Part shown: positions 57,205 to 64,000 of the stretch, one piece after another
Layout of the letters: the number at the start of each line of letters is the position of its first letter
Position numbering within the stretch: position 1 is the stretch's first letter
From: Eledone cirrhosa
Taxonomy: Eukaryota
DNA length: 64,000 bases
Reading direction: 5' to 3'
Assembly (NCBI GenBank): GCA_964016885.1
Contig: OZ024743.1
Coordinates: forward strand, 4,960,001-5,024,000
Program-made: the position numbers and the translations under genes
The notes under the pieces: model-generated
Told to the model about the DNA's origin: nothing
Databases searched by the model: none
What the model saw: the letters and a program-made list of their open reading frames with translations, nothing else

Positions 57205-60200
57205 TGTGTGTGTATGTGTTGGAGGAATGTATATTTTGTTTGTGTGTATGTGTTGGAGGAATGTATATTTTGTTTGTGTGTATGTGTTGGAGGAATGTAT
57301 ATTTTGTTTGTGTGTATGTGTTGGAGGAATGTATATTTTGTTTGTGTGTATGTGTTGGAGGGGTGTATATTTTGTTTGTGTGTATGTGTTAGAGGAATGT
57401 ATATTTTATTTGTGTGTATGTGTTGGAGGAATGTATATTTTGTTTGTGTGTATGTGTTGGAGAGGTGTATATTTTGTTTGTGTGTATGTGTTAGAGGAAT
57501 GTATATTTTGTTTGTGTGTATGTGTTGGAGGAATGTATGTATTGTTTGTGTGTATGTGTTGGAGAGGTGTATATTTTATTTGTGTGTATGTGTTGGAGGA
57601 ATGTATATTTTATTTGTGTGTATGTGTTAGAGAGGTGTATATTTTGTTTGTGTGTATGTGTTGCAGGAATGTATATTTTGTTTGTCTGTATGTGTTGCAG
57701 GAATGTATATTTTGTTTGTGTGTATGTGTTAGAGAGGTGTATATTTTGTTTGTGTGTATGTGTTAGAGAGGTGTATATTTTGTTTGTGTGTATGTGTTGG
57801 AGGAATGTATATTTTGTTTGTGTGTATGTGTTGGAGGAATGTATATTTTATTTGTGTGTATGTGTTGGAGGAATGTATATTTTGTTTGTGTGTATGTGTT
57901 GAAGGGGTGTATATTTTGTTTGTGTGTATGTCTTGCAGGAATGTATATTTTGTTTGTGTGTATGTGTTGCAGGAATGTATATTTTGTTTGTGTGTATGTG
58001 TTGGAGGAATGTATATTTTATTTGTGTGTATGTGTTGGAGGAATGTATATTTTGTTTGTGTGTGTGTGTTGAAGGGGTGTATATTTTGTTTGTGTGTATG
58101 TGTTGAAGAGGTGTATATTTTGTTTGTGTGTATGTGTTGGAGGAATGTATATTTTGTTTGTGTGTATGTGTTGGAGGAATGTATATTTTGTTTGTGTGTA
58201 TGTGTTGAAGGGGTGTATATTTTGTTTGTGTGTATGTGTTGAAGGGGTGTATATTTTGTTTGTGTGTATGTGTTGAAGGGGTGTATATTTTGTTTGTGTG
58301 TATGTGTTGAAGGGGTGTATATTTTGTTTGTGTGTATGTGTTGAAGGGGTGTATATTTTGTTTGTGTGTATGTGTTAGAGAGGTGTATATTTTGTTTGTG
58401 TGTATGTGTTGAAGGGGGTGTATATTTTGTTTGTGTGTATGTGTTGAAGGGGTGTATATTTTGTTTGTGTGTATGTGTTGAAGGCGTGTATATTTTGTTT
58501 GTGTGTATGTGTTGAAGGGGGTGTATATTTTGTTTGTGTGTATGTGTTGGAGGAATGTATATATTGTTTATGTGTATGTGTTGGAGAGGTGTATATTTTG
58601 TTTGTGTGTATGTGTTGAAGGGGTGTATATTTTGTTTGTGTGTATGTGTTGAAGGAGTGTATATTTTGTTTGTGTGTATGTGTTGAAGAGGTGTATATTT
58701 TGTTTGTGTGTATGTGTTAGAGGGGTGTATATTTTGTTTGTGTGTATGTGTTGGAGGAATGTATATTTTGTTTGTGTGTATGTGTTGAAGGGGTGTATAT
58801 TTTGTTTGTGTGTATGTGTTGGAGGAATGTATATTTTGTTTGTGTGTATGTGTTGAAGGAGTGTATATTTTGTTTGTGTGTATGTGTTGAAGAGGTGTAT
58901 ATTTTGTTTGTGTGTATGTGTTGGAGGAATGTATATTTTGTTTGTGTGTATGTGTTGAAGGGGTGTTTATTTTGTTTGTGTGTATGTGTTGAAGAGGTGT
59001 ATATTTTGTTTGTGTGTATGTGTTAGAGAGGTGTATATTTTGTTTGTGTGTATGTGTTGGAGGAATGTATATTTTGTTTGTGTGTATGTGTTGAAGGGGT
59101 GTATATTTTGTTTGTGTGTATGTGTTGAAGGGGTGTATATTTTTTTTGTGTGTATGTGTTGGAGGAATGTATATTTTGTTTGTTTGTATGTGTTGAAGGG
59201 GTGTATATTTTGTTTGTGTGTATGTCTTGCAGGAATGTATATTTTGTTTGTGTGTATGTGTTGCAGGAATGTATATTTTGTTTGTGTGTATGTGTTAGAG
59301 AGGTGTATATTTTGTTTGTGTGTATGTGTTGAAGAGGTGTATATTTTGTTTGTGTGTATGTGTTAGAGAGGTGTATATTTTGTTTGTGTGTATGTGTTAG
59401 AGAGGTGTATATTTTGTTTGTGTGTATGTGTTGAAGGGGTGTATATTTTGTTTGTGTGTATGTGTTGGAGGAATGTATATTTTGATTGTGTGTATGTGTT
59501 GAAGGGGTGTATATTTTGTTTATGTGTATGTGTTGAAGGGGTGTATATTTTGTTTGTGTGTATGTGTTAGAGAGGTGTATATTTTGTTTGTGTGTATGTG
59601 TTGAAGAGGTGTATATTTTGTTTGTGTGTATGTGTTGAAGAGGTGTATATTTTGTTTGTGTGTATGTGCTGGAGGGGTGTATATTTTGTTTGTGTGTATG
59701 TGTTGGAGAGGTGTATATTTTGTTTGTGTGTATGTGTTGAAGAGGTGTATATTTTGTTTGTGTGTATGTGTTAGAGAGGTGTATATTTTGTTTGTGTGTA
59801 TGTGTTGAAGAGGTGTATATTTTGTTTGTGTGTATGTGTTGAAGAGGTGTATATTTTGTTTGTTTGTATGTGCTGGAGGGGTGTATATTTTGTTTGTGTG
59901 TATGTGTTGGAGAGGTGTATATTTTGTTTGTGTGTATGTGTTAGAGAGGTGTATATTTTGTTTGTGTGTATGTGCTGGAGGAATGTATATTTTGTTTGTG
60001 TGTATGTGTTGAATGGGTGTATATTTTGTTTGTGTGTATGTGTTAGAGAGGTGTATATTTTGTTTGTGTGTATGTGCTGGAGGAATGTATATTTTGTTTG
60101 TGTGTATGTGTTGAAGGGGTGTATATTTTGTTTGTGTGTGTGTGTTGAAGGGGTGTATATTTTGTTTGTGTGTATGTGTTGGAGAGGTGTATATTTTGTT

Positions 60201-61530
60201 TGTGTGTATGTGTTGAAGAGGTGTATATTTTGTTTGCGTGTATGTGTTGGAGGGGGTGTATATTTTGTTTGTGTGTATGTGTTGGAGAGGTGTATATTTT
60301 GTTTGTGTGTATGTGTTGGAGAGGTGTATATTTTGTTTGTGTGTATGTGTTGGAGAGGTGTATATTTTGTTTGTGTGTATGTGTTGGAGGGGGTGTATAT
60401 TTTGTTTGTGTGTATGTGTTGGAGAGGTGTATATTTTGTTTGTGTGTATGTGTTGGAGGGGTGTATATTTTGTTTGTGTGTATGTGCTGAAGGGGTGTAT
60501 AATTTGTTTGTGTGTATATGTTGAAGGGGTGTATATTTTGTTTGTGTGTATGTGTTGGAGGGGTGTATATTTTGTTTGTGTGTATATGTTGAAGGGGTGT
60601 ATATTTTGTTTGTGTGTATGTGTTGAAGGGGTGTATATTTTGTTTGTGTGTATGTGTTAGAGAGGTGTATATTTTGTTTGTGTGTATGTGTTGGAGAGGT
60701 GTATATTTTGTTTGTGTGTATGTGTTAGAGAGGTGTATATTTTGTTTGTGTGTATATGTTGAAGGGGTGTATATTTTGTTTGTGTGTATGTGCTGAAGGG
60801 GTGTATAATTTGTTTGTGTGTATATGTTGAAGGGGTGTATATTTTGTTTGTGTGTATGTGTTGGAGGGGTGTATATTTTGTTTGTGTGTATATGTTGAAG
60901 GGGTGTATATTTTGTTTGTGTGTATATGTTGAAGGGGTGTATATTTTGTTTGTGTGTATATGTTGAAGGGGTGTATATTTTGTTTGTGTGTATATGTTGA
61001 AGGGGTGTATATTTTGTTTGTGTGTATATGTTGAAGGGGTGTATATTTTGTTTGTGTGTATATGTTGAAGGGGTGTATATTTTGTTTGTGTGTATATGTT
61101 GAAGGGGTGTATATTTTGTTTGTGTGTATGTGTTGGAGGGGTGTATATTTTGTTTGTGTGTATATGTTGAAGGGGTGTATATTTTGTTTGTGTGTATATG
61201 TTGAAGGGGTGTATATTTTGTTTGTGTGTATATGTTGAAGGGGTGTATATTTTGTTTGTGTGTATGTGTTGGAGGGGTGTATATTTTGTTTGTGTGTATA
61301 TGTTGAAGGGGTGTATATTTTGTTTGTGTGTATATGTTGAAGGGGTGTATATTTTGTTTGTGTGTATATGTTGAAGGGGTGTATATTTTGTTTGTGTGTA
61401 TGTGTTGAAGAGGTGTATATTTTGTTTGTGTGTATGTGTTGGAGGGGGTGTATATTTTGTTTGTGTGTATGTGTTGGAGGGGGTGTATATTTCGTTTGTG
61501 TGTATGTGTTAGAGGGGGTGTATAATTTGT
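57205..61530. repeat. 34-bp tandem satellite (GTGTATATTTTGTTTGTGTGTATGTGTTGRAGGR), about 125 units
   Basis: Visible 34-bp period, with variation concentrated in the purine segment. Confidence 0.98.
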
Positions 61531-61933
61531 TCCTGACAATGTGTATCTGGGCGTATTATCAGTGTATATATATAATTCACGATTTTGACCTTTCTTTAAA
61601 AGTTACGCAAGGTGACGGTGGACAATATAGTCCAACATATATATATATACATACATGAAGCCAGTCTTCAGGTATGTATATATATACATACATGAAGCCA
61701 GTCCTCATGTATGTATATATATAAATGTGCGTGTATGCGTGCGTGAATGCGTACGTGTTTTGTGTGTGTGTGTGCATGTGTGCGCGCGTGTGCGCGCGTG
61801 TGCGTGTGTGTGTGTGTGTGTGTATGTGTGTGTGTGTGTGTGTGTGTTTGAATTTGTGAATAATCGGATTGATATGGTGCTTGACAATCAGTTATGTGGT
61901 TGATAAGCTGACATTTAGTATAATATTAACTTA

Positions 61934-61965
61934 ACTAGCTGACCCCTGCCAAATACCCACGGTTT
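61934..61965 (-). mobile_element. possible Helitron 3' terminus
   Basis: Minus strand CCGTGGGTATTTGGCAGGGGTCAGCTAG|T. Confidence 0.3.
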
Positions 61966-62056
61966 GTTTAGAAACAACCACCACTAAAGGTCAATATGAC
62001 ATTTTCAATGTTTTATGTATAAGGTATATATATATATATATATATAAACACAAATA

Positions 62057-62368
62057 ATGGTTTCTGATTTAGGCACAAGGCCAACAATTTGGGGGGAGGG
62101 GAAGGGAAAGTCAATGAAATCGACCCCAGTACATTACTGGTACTTTATTTTATCGACCCTGTAAGGATAAACACAAATAATTGTTTCTACTTTAAGCACA
62201 AGGCCAGCAATAACCCAGTGCATTACTGGTACTTTATTATATCGACCCCGTAAGGATGAAAGGCAAAGTCAACCTCGGCGGGATTTGAACTCAGATCGTA
62301 AAGGGACGTAACTCTATACTGGAAAGCATGGCGTCCGATCCTCTATCGATACTGCACATCCACCGCCC
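62057..62368 (-). mobile_element. two adjacent SINE copies (partial plus full)
   Basis: SINE core at 62137-62170 and 62227-62290; AAACACAAATAAT is duplicated around the first copy. Confidence 0.9.
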
Positions 62369-62554
62369 TTAATAAATACGGTACTTAATTACACATATAA
62401 TACAACAAAATAACTCGAATAAATTTCATATACGACTGAAACTATCAAAATGGAATATTTTATTCGTAATTTAAAGATAAACAATATGTACCGTGGAGAG
62501 TAAGCTAAAATATTCGGCCGCCACCATCGTTGACCCCCCCCCCCTCGAGCTCTC

Positions 62555-62625
<71 letters not shown>

Positions 62626-62990
62626 CTCTCTCTATCTATCTATATAAATATCTATCTATTTCTATATCTATATAAATCTATCTCACTCTCTCTCACACAC
62701 ACACACACACACACATACTGACCATCTCTGTATAAGTCAGTGTTTAGTTAGATATTAGATCGACAGCCCACTTATCAGAAAGCTACTATGCAGTCAGTTG
62801 AACTGCTAGAAATAGCCACCGAAATCAAACGGAAATCCTATCCTCGCAGGATAAAAGTGTAGGGTCTCTTTTTCATGTTTCGTCTCATTAAACTGTACCA
62901 AAACAACAGATTTCAGAGATTTAGATAAACTGATGATCTTATGTGACGATATCTAGGTAATTCTGATGGTAAATGTTCCTCTTTATATAT

Positions 62991-63181
62991 AATTGTTTCT
63001 ACTATTGGCACAAGCCCAGCAAATTACCCAGTACATTACTGGTACTTTATTTTATCGACCCCGTAAGGATGAAAGGCAAAGTTAACCTCGGCGGGATTTG
63101 AACTCAGAATGGCAAGGGCCGTAACTCTATGCGTCAAAGCATGGCGTCCGACCCTCTACCGATACTGCCAATTCACCGCCC
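62991..63181 (-). mobile_element. full-length tRNA-derived SINE with TSD
   Basis: Starts GGGCGGTGAATTGGCAG on the minus strand; TTATATATAAT on both flanks. Confidence 0.92.
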
Positions 63182-63517
63182 ATTATATATAATGGAAGCA
63201 ATTTGTAAAGTTAAGGCATGTAACTTAACAGGTTAGGGTGTTGGACTCATGTCCATTAGGTTGTGGGTTTGATTCTCAGATCGGGTGACACGTATGTGCA
63301 GGGGGCCGGAGGTGGGGAATATTGTACTCTCAGTTGCTTAACGTCTATGGAACCGGGGAAAGTTCCGTGATTCGGACAAGCATTGAAAGACGGACGTAAA
63401 ATGATAAATCCCTCAATGTATAATAAATATTGATAAATGGTTTTGTTAATTCTTAAAACAAAGTTCTAATCTGTTACTAAAGAAATATGGGTATGGCCAC
63501 TTTTCGCTCCCCTAGAC

Positions 63518-63672
63518 CAGGATTTCCCAAACTTTTTTAAACGTGGAACCCTTTTTGGTTCGGAAAGTTTGAGGGGAACCCCAAAGTCTAATACTGTTAT
63601 ACGGTCGTAAAATAAATATATTCCTCTACCTTTTTTTACGGAAGCCCAGACACTCCTTTGCGGAACCCACTA
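63518..63672. mobile_element. hAT-like MITE
   Basis: Left end CAGGATTTCCCAAACT; 8-bp flanks CCCTAGAC / CCTTAGAC. Confidence 0.65.
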
Positions 63673-63950
63673 CCTTAGACATACTAATGTCTTTTTTTTT
63701 TTCCAAGACAGTGAGGTGTGATTTGAGGAGATTTGACAGTTATTTCTAACAGATTGAGTGACAGCGTAGAGGCCTCCACAATGTACACACTTTTTTTTTT
63801 GTTATATCATTACAGTAGTAACATGAGAAGATAGCAGTGAGCTTACTTAACGTTTTATGTTGTTGGTCAATTCAAACGGAAAGGTAGGTATGCAAGAGTT
63901 ATTCCCCTTGGGTCTCGATTATGTTTTGTTTACATGTACGAACAAAGACA

Positions 63951-63956
<6 letters not shown>

Positions 63957-64000
<44 letters not shown>
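63957..64000. repeat. (GTA)n microsatellite
   Basis: Directly visible. Confidence 0.95.

Noticed and set aside
57205-61530. 34-bp array as a CRISPR array or coding repeat
   Set aside because: Units are head-to-tail with no unique spacers, no cas genes are present, and the context is eukaryotic.
63215-63290. tRNA gene
   Set aside because: Only degenerate A and B boxes with no cloverleaf; more likely a decayed SINE head. The same applies to the other SINE heads.

Overview
This is repeat-saturated, AT-rich eukaryotic DNA. The SINE sequences and the (TA)n, (GTA)n and (TACA)n microsatellites match my recollection of octopus genomes; the taxon is an inference. No intact host gene is supported, and most ORF-track entries are translated microsatellite. 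Bases 1-25,980 are a 12-bp (ACCATCACCACT)n satellite with higher-order structure and a 200-N gap, and 57.2-61.5 kb is a 34-bp satellite. Between them lie tRNA-derived SINEs, hAT, Tigger and mariner-type MITEs, a decayed hAT transposase, an internally deleted RTE-like LINE, and a 5'-truncated Penelope-like element (RT plus GIY-YIG) with an inverted pseudo-LTR. The main hidden signal is about 13 type I hammerhead ribozyme motifs (CUGANGA...GAAA...UH) from many unrelated sequence families, packed into 31.8-49.3 kb. Most carry a family-specific palindromic stem III and sit in small fold-back cassettes between (TA)n tracts. All folds were read by eye and none is tested for activity.
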